Shown: positions 13,075 through 24,276 of the stretch, one piece after another
Layout of the letters: each line of letters begins with the position of its first letter
How positions within the stretch are numbered: position 1 is the stretch's first letter
Source of the DNA: Octopus bimaculoides
Lineage: Eukaryota
NCBI RefSeq assembly: GCF_001194135.2
Contig: NC_068993.1
Coordinates: forward strand, 61,279,982-61,326,897
Direction of reading: 5' to 3'
Length of the DNA: 46,916 bases
Made by a program: the position numbers and the translations under genes
Notes under the pieces: model-generated
Told to the model about the DNA's origin: nothing
The model's input: the letters and a program-made list of their open reading frames with translations, nothing else
The model's database searches: none

Positions 13075-13475
13075 GCAGGAGTGGCTGTGTGGTAAGTAGC
13101 TTGCTTACCAACCACATGGTTCCGGGTTCAGTCCCACTGCATGGCACCTTGGGCAAGTGTCTTCTACTATAGCCTCAAGCCGACCAAAGCCTTCTGAGTG
13201 GATTTGGTAGACGGAAACTGAAAGAAGCCCGTCGTGTATATGTATATATATATATATATATATGTGTGTTTGTTTGTTTGTCTGTTTGTCCCCCCAACAT
13301 CGCTCAACAATTAATGGTGGTGTGTTTACATCCCCGTAACTTAGCGGTTCGGCAAAATAGACCAATAGAATAAGTACTAGGCTTACAAAGAATAAGTCCT
13401 GGGGTCGATTTGCTTGACTAAAAGGCGGTGCTCCAGCATGGCCGCAGTTAAATGACCGAAACAAGTAAAAGAGTA
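13075..13475 (+). mobile_element. SINE family A, near full length
   Basis: tRNA-like head with B-box GGGTTCAGTCC, an internal (TA)/(TTTG) tract and tail GGCGGTGCTCCAGCATGGCCGCAG...GAAACAAGTAAAAGAG. Further fragments at 22260-22350 (-), 30925-31190 (+), 37815-37990 (-), 38045-38240 (-), 41055-41125 (-) and 42530-42660 (-). Confidence 0.9.
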
Positions 13476-15995
13476 TGATTAGAATCAATGCCCCGAAATC
13501 AAAATGCATTTGGCCAGTGTAATCCAAATTCTGAAGTTTAAAATCAAAATAAGAAAAAAAAGGTTTGGTTCCACTGATTTTCACAAAAATAAAGCAATCA
13601 GTATTTCAAACATTTAAAATAATCAAGAATTTGAAAAGTTTAGCAAAATATTTTTATTATTTTTTTTTTTTATTGGTAATTATTAAGCTGGTGTTTGGAA
13701 TACAACTTAATAAAAAAAAAGGTTCTTACATAAAAGCTTTTATCTACTAAAATCTTGGTGATGTTTTGAATTCTTGACCAATATCTTATATTACATGAAA
13801 GATAGCAATTTAAAATGAGCAATCTGGGGGGTTGGATAGTAAAACATGAGAGGGGGGGCTGGGGGCTGGTATCAAAAAGGTTAAGAAGAAAAGCAAAATA
13901 CATGTCACGGACAGAATTGCAGGGTGGTATGATGAATAGAGTTGTGGCTTCATTTTAAAAAGATCCCTGCTAAGCAATGAAAAGTTGAATCAGCCAATTT
14001 ACAGATAAGGTACTGGAAGCAGTAGGAACTCGGTGAGATCCACCTTCGATATAAATTAATCAAATACCCGCATTAGCTAAGATGATAAACAGGAAACGCA
14101 TTGGAGTCGTTTTTCTATCACCTTAAAACCATTTATGAAGTAATTAAGGCCTTCCATTGGGCTCCCAGTAAGTTACCGTATATTACTTTACCCTACATGT
14201 TTTCTGGACATCCGTTGCTAAAAATCAAAAGTGGATCAAATATCTGCTTTTATAATTTATTCTAAATTCCCTAAGTGAAGCAAAGCCTCTTAATATCATA
14301 AATCCCTTCAACACAACCAGTCAGTAAAATTACGTCCCTGAATCTCAAAACAGATTATTTTTAGAATTACATGGTTTCCATTTTAAGGGGAACGTGGCTT
14401 TCTTTTGTTTCAATTAGGCATATGGTATTACATCTTGCTATGTTGAGCAAGCGCAGCGTCAAATGTTATTGGCTCCAACCAAGATGTTACCACTGGATTT
14501 ACAAGAATTAAATGCAACAAACATTTAATTAAACCAGCACATTAAAGAAATGGCTACTAAAATTTCTGAGTGTCTGGACCCGCTCTCACATTTACTGCCA
14601 AATATGTAAGAAAAAGACAAAATATACAACTAACCTCTTCATTTGAACTAACTCAAATGCAAGCCAACGATGGAAGCTCCACATATCACTTGGCTTGCTA
14701 GAAATAGTCACACCATCTTAAAGGGCATTGAACAATTGTAATCTGATATGAAAAAAAGACAAGATGATCATGGCTGGAATGCCTTTCGTTCATGTCAGCT
14801 GCGTCAGGGTTAACAGATCTAAAACAACTTGGAAATGAATTAAGAGTAGCACAAAGACAAGTGTCATCAGAAGAATATTTCGGAGCTGATATTGAGAACA
14901 GCCCAAAGTCTACTTGAAGGGCAAAAACTAAGAACACAAGAGTTGGGCAGCTGATCCAGAGCTTCAAACTGAAGGATATATTTTGGCAGGTTTACTTTGA
15001 GGTCGGTGTAAAGTAGGGACAGTGAAGAGTAATCCACTGAACAAGGACACTTATAAAACTGACGAAGAGAGAGAGGAAGGAGATGGGAAGAGAAAGGGGG
15101 AGAGGAGAAGCAGGGAGAGAAGGGGAGCCAGGGAGCCAGGAGAGGGGGAGTGGGGAGAGAGAGATGGAGAGAGCACATGCATTAAGTGGCAGAAGTAGAC
15201 TAAAAGAGAGCAAAGTTTGCAATAATTGCAAAAGTAGCAGAAAATGCAACTCTGAAAACAGGATGTTTTCAATGTTAGTTTCAAACTTTGGCACAAGGCC
15301 AGCAATTATTTTAGAGTGGGGGCAAGGAGTCGATTACATCGGCCCCAGTATTCAACTAGTACTTATTTTATCAACCCCAAAAGGGATGAAAGGCAAAATC
15401 AACCTTATGTTCTTAATATTGTTAGCAATGATTTTACAGATAAACAGTTATTGCCCCTCTAACACACTGACATAAAAAACCATCATGGCACCAAGGTAGC
15501 TTCAATTTCAATTCAACTCCCCCCCACACACACACACACACACGCACACGCAAATACCAGTAAACTACTAAGGTCAATTACAACTATCCATCCCCACTCT
15601 TTATAGAAGTCACTTTACACGCCAAACAAACCAGAATGACATTACCAGCAGTGGTTCGGTACTAAATTCTCAATAAATCAAATCAGTAAACATGAATCAC
15701 TCTACACATCTATGCTAATGTCTGAAAAGGTGATGCAACACCTGTGTTGCTTTGCAATCACATCAACCACCCCAAGATTGAACCCACTGTACTGCACCTT
15801 AGTTGGGCATTGCCTGCAGCCTCAGATCAACCAAGATAGTCCAGCTGAAAGTTGATAAACGGAAACCTGGTAGCTGTGGTAGACACAGGTTTGGACTGAC
15901 AATAAATTGGAGGGAGGGGGGGGGGCACCGACCAGAAAACGTCCGATTGAGGTTTTGATCTGCCCCAGATACTTTGCTGCCCATCTAGGTGGCCT

Positions 15996-16197
15996 TGTTA
16001 CATTAACAGGTAATTTGCCTCCAGCCACGACCAACAACTCAGAACATTGTAAACTAGTCAACCTGACAGTCACTCTGTGGAATAAATATTAAATACACCA
16101 ATAACTAGCGGAAAAGGAAAATTATAAACAGGCTTGAGAATCTCAACTAAGGCACTTCATAACAAAAATGTTTGCATGTCTGTCTATCTTACAGACA
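15996..16197 (+). repeat. Exact 202-bp duplicate of 17291-17492
   Basis: Base-for-base identical from TGTTACATTAACAGG to ATCTTACAGACA. This copy ends at a gap. Confidence 0.95.
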
Positions 16198-17068
16198 NNN
16201 NNNNNNNNNNNNNNNNNNNNNNNNNNNNNNNNNNNNNNNNNNNNNNNNNNNNNNNNNNNNNNNNNNNNNNNNNNNNNNNNNNNNNNNNNNNNNNNNNNNN
16301 NNNNNNNNNNNNNNNNNNNNNNNNNNNNNNNNNNNNNNNNNNNNNNNNNNNNNNNNNNNNNNNNNNNNNNNNNNNNNNNNNNNNNNNNNNNNNNNNNNNN
16401 NNNNNNNNNNNNNNNNNNNNNNNNNNNNNNNNNNNNNNNNNNNNNNNNNNNNNNNNNNNNNNNNNNNNNNNNNNNNNNNNNNNNNNNNNNNNNNNNNNNN
16501 NNNNNNNNNNNNNNNNNNNNNNNNNNNNNNNNNNNNNNNNNNNNNNNNNNNNNNNNNNNNNNNNNNNNNNNNNNNNNNNNNNNNNNNNNNNNNNNNNNNN
16601 NNNNNNNNNNNNNNNNNNNNNNNNNNNNNNNNNNNNNNNNNNNNNNNNNNNNNNNNNNNNNNNNNNNNNNNNNNNNNNNNNNNNNNNNNNNNNNNNNNNN
16701 NNNNNNNNNNNNNNNNNNNNNNNNNNNNNNNNNNNNNNNNNNNNNNNNNNNNNNNNNNNNNNNNNNNNNNNNNNNNNNNNNNNNNNNNNNNNNNNNNNNN
16801 NNNNNNNNNNNNNNNNNNNNNNNNNNNNNNNNNNNNNNNNNNNNNNNNNNNNNNNNNNNNNNNNNNNNNNNNNNNNNNNNNNNNNNNNNNNNNNNNNNNN
16901 NNNNNNNNNNNNNNNNNNNNNNNNNNNNNNNNNNNNNNNNNNNNNNNNNNNNNNNNNNNNNNNNNNNNNNNNNNNNNNNNNNNNNNNNNNNNNNNNNNNN
17001 NNNNNNNNNNGGAGGAGGAGCCAAGAGAGAACTCAACAAGTACAGAATGATGAAACATGACCACTAGT

Positions 17069-17137
17069 TCAGCAATCTGTCCCACCACCGGTCTGTTGCT
17101 GGAACACATCTATTGTGTCATTATCTTCCATTTCCAA
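17069..17137 (-). CDS. SUMO: SUMO coding exon 4 (LEMEDNDTIDVFQQQTGGGTDC*)
   Basis: Acceptor TTTTTTGTCTTGTTTTCAG. Encodes the SUMO C-terminal QQQTGG di-glycine motif, a 4-aa propeptide and a TGA stop. Confidence 0.97.
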   Translation of the reverse strand: MEMEDNDTIDVFQQQTGGGTDC

Positions 17138-17689
17138 CTGAAAACAAGACAAAAAAATACATTTATTTTTCTTTCTATACAGACATGTGCAGAGAGAGAG
17201 AAGAAAAGAAAATTAAAAACTGTCACAGGTCTTTTTTTTTTTTTGTTTTTTACATTGTTTGCATGTAATAATTCCATAAAATTATCTTCATGTTACATTA
17301 ACAGGTAATTTGCCTCCAGCCACGACCAACAACTCAGAACATTGTAAACTAGTCAACCTGACAGTCACTCTGTGGAATAAATATTAAATACACCAATAAC
17401 TAGCGGAAAAGGAAAATTATAAACAGGCTTGAGAATCTCAACTAAGGCACTTCATAACAAAAATGTTTGCATGTCTGTCTATCTTACAGACATACAACAC
17501 CAGAATTTTTTTTTTCTTTTAAATCTGCAGTAAACAACCATAACTTTTGAGAAAATTCCTACAAATTTGAAGAAAGCCACTGTTTGATCATCTTCTGTAA
17601 AAGCACACTACCATAAGTTTACATTACTTATGAGGCTGACTCAGACTTGAAGAAATATCATCCAGACTTGTGGCTTAGCAAGCTATAAA

Positions 17690-17955
17690 ATTACGAGTCC
17701 TGTGCAGGTGGCACGTAAAAAACACCATTTGAGCGTGGCTGTTGCCAGTAGCGCTGGACTGGCCCTCATGCCAGTTGCATGTAAAAGTACCCCCTACACT
17801 CTCGGAGTGGTTGGCGTTAGGAAGGGCATCCAGTTGTAGAAACTCTGCCAGATCAGATTGGATTCTGGTGTAGCCATCTGGTTCGCCAGTCCCCAGTCAA
17901 ATCGTCCAACCCATGCTAGCATGGAAAGCGGACGTTAAATGATGATGATGATGAT
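17690..17955 (+). mobile_element. Repeat family C, 3' part, in SUMO intron 3
   Basis: Colinear with 35480-35735. Ends GTTAAATGATGATGATG, a simple-repeat tail of non-LTR retroelement type. Confidence 0.85.
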
Positions 17956-18036
17956 CAATACAGAAACATATAGTTTTACAAAGATGACTAAATCAAACGA
18001 TAAGTCGTCTTCAAAGCAATTTACTAATTCATTTAC

Positions 18037-18108
18037 CTGTGAAGGTGTGTCTTTCTCTCCAATTGCCTGCCCATCAAACATGAACCGCACCGAGCCTGGC
18101 CGAACACC
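18037..18108 (-). CDS. SUMO: SUMO coding exon 3 (GVRPGSVRFMFDGQAIGEKDTPSQ)
   Basis: 72 nt between the acceptor TTTCTACCGTTTCCAG and a GTAAAT donor. Matches the SUMO RFxFDGQxIxExDTP motif. Absent from the ORF track because it is short. Confidence 0.97.
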
Positions 18109-18430
18109 CTGGAAACGGTAGAAAAAATATCAATAAAACATTCCAAGCAACCCACTTCTTCCCAGCTAATATGCTTAATACACCAAAGCCAAAGAAACAG
18201 ACACTCAACACCCTCTCAACACTTAGGCATCAAATTTGCAGACTCTCAGCCATTTCTACCGTCTTCGAAGTAAAGGTTGTAGCTACCCGAGTGATTATAA
18301 TCATTGTAGATGACTATCTCCAGATCAGCCCTAATCAAGGGACACGTACACAGTGAGGACATGAAATAATGTGATGGTAACTGAAGAAGCAAACATTTCA
18401 TTGACAAACAGGCCTGCAATCTGCAGAACG

Positions 18431-18989
18431 GTACTTCTTATACTGACAACGCAGATTAATTAATCCATAGCATTATTAGAACTAATCACAATCAGCAGTG
18501 GTACTTCTTATACTGACAACGCAGATTAATTAATCCATAGCATTATTAGAACTAATCACAATCAGCAGANNNNNNNNNNNNNNNNNNNNNNNNNNNNNNN
18601 NNNNNNNNNNNNNNNNNNNNNNNNNNNNNNNNNNNNNNNNNNNNNNNNNNNNNNNNNNNNNNNNNNNNNNNNNNNNNNNNNNNNNNNNNNNNNNNNNNNN
18701 NNNNNNNNNNNNNNNNNNNNNNNNNNNNNNNNNNNNNNNNNNNNNNNNNNNNNNNNNNNNNNNNNNNNNNNNNNNNNNNNNNNNNNNNNNNNNNNNNNNN
18801 NNNNNNNNNNNNNNNNNNNNNNNNNNNNNNNNNNNNNNNNNNNNNNNNCGGTACTTCTTATACTGACAACGCAGATTAATTAATCCATAGCATTATTAGA
18901 ACTAATCACAATCAGCAGTGGTACTTCTTATACTGACAACGCAGATTAATTAATCCATAGCATTATTAGAACTAATCACAATCAGCAGA
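18431..18989. repeat. 70-bp tandem repeat, two copies on each side of a gap
   Basis: Identical unit GTACTTCTTATACTGACAACGCAGATTAATTAATCCATAGCATTATTAGAACTAATCACAATCAGCAGTG starting at 18431, 18501, 18851 and 18921. Confidence 0.95.
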
Positions 18990-19363
18990 TCAACATGTAT
19001 GAATCATGAGAAAATAAAATTTATAGATTAATTTGAAAAGATTAAAAGAGTACTATGTGTTAACATATCTATACATCAGGTGGACCAAGCAATAAACTGC
19101 AGGAAAGGGTTGGGGTTACAAACAAACTATTTTTAAGAATAGAAAGAAATTACTGATATTCTATTATTCAACATGAACTAAGCTCTGCAATCAAATTCCA
19201 AACTAAACCGTATCTTTTAGAGATGCTGGTGATAAATACTGCCAATTACAATTATTATTGTAAGTTGGATTGTCTCAAGTGGGCAAGTTATCAGGTTTTA
19301 TTAATTACTGAAATGACAGCTATTACAAGTGAAGACTAGGGACTGGGAGTTATGAACTTATGT

Positions 19364-19516
19364 TTAACCTTTTAGCATCCAGATCATTCTGTCAAATGTA
19401 ATGCTTATTTATCCACATTGTCTTGTAGCTTTGAGATTTCAATGATGACATCTGAACATACAACAGGAAGAATATTTTGGCCAGACACGGTTGCTTTTTA
19501 AATGCTAAAGGGTTAA
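19364..19516 (+). mobile_element. piggyBac-type MITE, internally deleted, TTAA-flanked
   Basis: TTAA-CCTTTTAGCAT...AAATGCTAAAGGG-TTAA. Same family as 44716-44931. Diverged copies at about 12456-12665 and 46058-46250 (-). Confidence 0.8.
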
Positions 19517-22500
19517 ACTGGTTTTTTTCAGCATTTTCTTGAAGTAATGTCCACTTGTTCTTAAAATTACTAATTTCAGTTCAATTAGAAAGATAATTAT
19601 AGCAAAACATCCAGATTCTCAAATAATACCATAAGGACATAACTGTATAAGTAGCCACAACTGTTGCTGTGTCCTTAAACCACATCGTATCACAAGTATT
19701 GGTCGAGAGTATAAAAAAAAAAATTTTTTTTATTCTGTACAAGAAATAAAGTTTAGCATCATTTCAGAAAGGACTCTCAAAAGCCTTCCTGTTTAACCAA
19801 GTGTGTTTCATTTTATTCTTTTTTTTTTTTTCAAAACAACATGGCAATTAATACCTTAAGTTTAGAATCAAGAGTCGGTAATATTATTAATGAAATTAAG
19901 GTGACAAACTGGTAGAATCATTAATGCAGACAAAATGCTTAGCGACATTTCATACATCTTCAAATCCCACCAAGGTCAACTTTGCTTTTTCATGCTTTCA
20001 TGGTTGATACAAGAAGTACAATTCATGTACTGGGGCCAAAGTACATGACTTGTACTTTGACCCCAGTCCCCTGAACTTGCTGGTCTGGTGCCAAGATTTT
20101 GAAACCATTATTAATGAAAATAATGGTAGCAAGCTGGCAGAATCAAAGTGCAGCAGACAAAATGCTTGGCGACATTCCGTCCATCTTTACATTCTGTGTT
20201 CAAATCCCACCAAGGTTGACTTTGCCTTTCAAAGTCAAAACAAAGTACCGGTTGAACATNNNNNNNNNNNNNNNNNNNNNNNNNNNNNNNNNNNNNNNNN
20301 NNNNNNNNNNGGGGGGGGGGGTCAATGTAATCAAATTACCTCTCCCCACAAAAACTGCTGGCCCTCCACCAAAATTTTAAATCATTTATTAAATGAAAAT
20401 AATTAGTGATATTTCAGTGCCATCTGTACACACCAGTTGTATGATGCTCGGATTTATCAAGTTTTAGCAGAAAGGGAAGATATGCAGTTGATAATAGCGT
20501 TGATGTTATTGAAGAAATTAGATTTTCATTAATTTTTAAGATTTATACACTAGTCTAACAGTATTTTATGAAAATGTCAATAGAGAAAGCACTATAGAAA
20601 TTCTCAAAGTTAAGGATTCACCAAGTCTGATGTTCAACAGTCCAGTTTATTACAAAGATAAATGACTCGAAAACAAATATTCAACAAAGTTTGAGTTACC
20701 TAAATAGTAAAATAGGTAAGGCTAGATTTACAGGTGTAAATCTAGCATATATTTCCACACTTGTCTTAATCAATATCTAAAATATCATGAAACAAAAACC
20801 AAAATCTTTCTTTTATATGAAAATTAGTCTACAAGGTAGCTAATAGTTTTCTCCAGTTCAATTTTGTTTCAGCTGAAGTCCCCACACGTTAGATTTACAC
20901 ATATAAATCTAGCATATATTTCCATACTTGACTTAATTGATTCCCTAAAATTTTCAGATTTGATATTCTTATAGCAAAAAAAAAAAAAAGTATTTTGAAA
21001 ATGAAATTATTCAAGAATTAAACAATTTCAAGCCATTAATTTACACATTAAAACAGTTACTATATAATTGATATTTTCTAAATAGTTGCACAAAATAATG
21101 AGGGAATATATCAGCTTGAATATGTTCAGGACGTCTTTGAGTCTGCAAAAGCTTTTTCACATCAGTTTAGTGTGGAGAGGGGAAAAAAAAAACTCTTGCT
21201 TTAGTTAAAAAGATGTCAACCTAAAGCAAGAATTTTTCTCTGGCAAACAGCAGTGAAAAAGTCTTTACACGTTTATGCCACAAACATACCTGAACCTAGC
21301 TAAAGACATAGTGCTTATTACAAACTTATTCAATAAACATTGATTTCTTTGACCTAAATCTCCACTTTTTCTGGCACTGATTAAAAAAAACAGGAGTGAC
21401 AAAATCTCAAACCAACTCTTTTAGTTATGCTATAAACGTAAAAAAAAACATTTATTTTACTTCTAGAAATTGGAACTAATCTGCACACAAAACACTTTTT
21501 CTTGCTTAGTACTCCTTTATCCATGCTAGAGTTATTTTACTTCTTACAAGGATTATTGCATAAATAGTTAAAAAAAAAAAAAAAAGAAAACAGGCAGTTT
21601 AGAATCCCATGCCAACTCAACTAGAAAGTGAGAGACATTTTAACATTTCATTTTCGTTCAGCACTGGATGGCAAGTCATATTCAAAATCATGTGCACTTC
21701 ACTTTGAGAACACATGTTTAACATTTCAAGATTTGAACTCACCATTAATCAAAGACCAAAAAAAAAAAAAAAATTCAAAACAATACTGCAGAATTTTAGA
21801 CAATGTTACCACTCTGCCAGTAAAAGAGTGTAAAATATTACTGGTATAAAACAGTGACTCTCAACCAGAGTTCATAAGATTTAGTCTTTAAAAATTATTT
21901 GCAATAAATAAGTTATATTTCTACAATACAAAGTTTGAATTTTTTTATGCAAATCCTAATATGTTTTTAATTATAAAAATATAATGGGACTTTTTTAAAC
22001 TTCAAATGGCTCTGGGGATCCATTAGAGTGAAATAGGAACCAAAGGGGTCCTGAGGCAAGAAAAAAAATGGCTAAGACCCACAGGTCGATGCTACTTTAG
22101 TACCCAATATTCTATGAGCTATGAAATTACCCAATCTGGGTTAGGGTCACACTGCACAGGAAGTGACCAGGAAGACCACACAGTTAGTGACCCTTAATAG
22201 GAAGATGGATGAACAAAGTTGATCTTAACAGAATGAAAAGCATGGCTAATTAATAGCAGCCTTCTTTTAGGGATTTCAGTCATTGAACAGCCATGTTGGG
22301 ACACTGCTTTCAATGGGTTTAGTCATTTCAATTGATCCCAATACTTATTTTACCCCAGCTCAACACTGCATGGTCGGTCCCCTGTAGCCTCAAGTTGACC
22401 TGTACCATGAATAAAATTTGGTCGGAAACTATGCAGAAGTTGTGTGTCCATCCATTTACACCAATCTAAAAAGGAAAAAGAAACAATGCTTATGCTGTGC

Positions 22501-23265
22501 CCCTTTATGTCCGATAACTTTGCAGTTCAACAAAGTGATGAACAAAATAAGGGCTACATAGAAATAAGGTCTATGGCCAACACAACTAAATTCATGAAGC
22601 TGGTATTCCAGAACCTCTGCAGTCTAATGACAACCAGTTTGGGACTAGACACCATTATAATTTGATCCTGAAAGGAGTTAAATATTTTATTAATCGTGAA
22701 AGGGTTAATAAAATCCAAAATGTTCCACAAACAAGACTTAAAAGAAAAAAAAAAAATTATCCCGACATTTTCTGATACTCCAATGTCTGCAAATTATATG
22801 CAAACCCAGTGTGGGACATTAGCCATCAAATCAAAATGTTCTGGGTACTGACTAGCAATAAGGAAGGTGTCTGGGAAAAAGATCTACGAGTCAGTGCTAT
22901 GGTTTATACAAGTAGCCAGTCAGTTGTGATAATACTGATTATTCCATCTTTGCTACTATCTCTAGTAAATTGAGAATCATGTGGAGCAGGTATGGGGAAC
23001 CTTTCAAAAGGAGCAGGTTGGCAGGGGACATGGTTCATCACCAGGTAGTGAGCCACACTACTAAAAGAGCCAAGGTAAAAATCTTCATTAGGCATACCGT
23101 TCAGAAAGTTCCGTGGGTCGTGTTTGACGTGAACGGACAGGCAGGCTCCGTCAGAGATATCCATTTACATAACAAGATCTTCTTGTGAAGATCTATTTCA
23201 GCATGGCATTTAAAACAGCTTTAAATCAAGAGAGAAAATAAAAAGAGAAAACTAAAAATGCTTAC

Positions 23266-23397
23266 AGCTCTTTCAACATAGGCGCTCATTAACTTCTTTA
23301 ACGCTGTGTGCTTTCTGATTTTAAAATGAACTACACTACCATCCTGGCCAACCACTTTCAAATTGACATGTTCACTGTCCATTTTTACCTCATCAAC
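23266..23397 (-). CDS. SUMO: SUMO coding exon 2 ([44 protein letters not shown])
   Basis: 132 nt between the acceptor TTTCTCTTTGTCTTTCCAG and a GTAAGC donor. The translation aligns with human SUMO2 [34 protein letters not shown]. Confidence 0.97.
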
Positions 23398-23937
23398 CTG
23401 GAAAGACAAAGAGAAAAACAAAAAAAAAAAACTGAGACTAAACTTTAACCAATAAAAGTCAATTTCATTATTTACTTATTACTAAACTAACAAAAGATTT
23501 GCACCAATCTGCATTGCCAGCAATCAGATTGCCTACCGTTTTTTTGTTTAACACAAAGCCATTGGAATATGCCAAATGTGAAGACAGCTCAAAACATTCC
23601 AACTACTTAAGAGATGGGCTAAAACATGAAAAAACTCTTTTAATTCATCACCATCTAGAAATAAAAAAAAAATTGTAATATCAAAACTAAACAGTTTGGA
23701 TGGAGAGAATGCAATGCACTGTCACAAAACCAGGAAATATTGAAGATTCTGGACAATTTTAGGACAAATAAAAACAGAGAGAAAAAAGCGTCAAGAGAAT
23801 CTCTCTTTATGGCCAAAATATTTAGAGATCAGATTCAAAGAGGTTAAAGGTTTTATAATAGAAATGTATAAACTAGTTTAACTAGCATGCAAGTTATTGT
23901 ATGGGGTGACAGCACTAAGCAGTGACGTGTATAAATA

Positions 23938-24276
23938 TAAACTGTTACCAGTTCAAATGTGCTGAAGGCATATTCGAACCTGTAAAGAAAGCCATTCATT
24001 GTACTCTGTCTTGGAGAAAATTTCCTGCTGTTGACAAACAGGAGCATATACACTGAGTCAGCATCTGCCTTTCTCATCTCTGTAGCTGAAGAGGAGGTGA
24101 CCACTTTGAAATGCAAGCATCCCAGCCAGGTGAGAGAACACTGTGAGCTGACTTGGTATATGGTTACACCTATTTTGTCAGCAGGGAGAAATTTCCATCA
24201 TGTCAAAACACAGTGAATGGCTTTTCTTGTAGGTTCGAATATGCCTTAAGCATATTTTGAACTGGTAACAGGTTTG
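23938..24276. mobile_element. MITE with about 62-bp terminal inverted repeats in SUMO intron 1
   Basis: 23942-24002 (CTGTTACCAGTTCAAA...GGCATATTCGAACCT...GCCATTCATTGT) is the imperfect reverse complement of 24210-24271. Possible TA duplications at 23936-23937 and 24277-24278. Confidence 0.8.

Noticed and set aside
18431-18989. CRISPR-like array (also 35296-35580)
   Set aside because: Head-to-tail tandem units with no unique spacers, no cas genes, and eukaryotic context.
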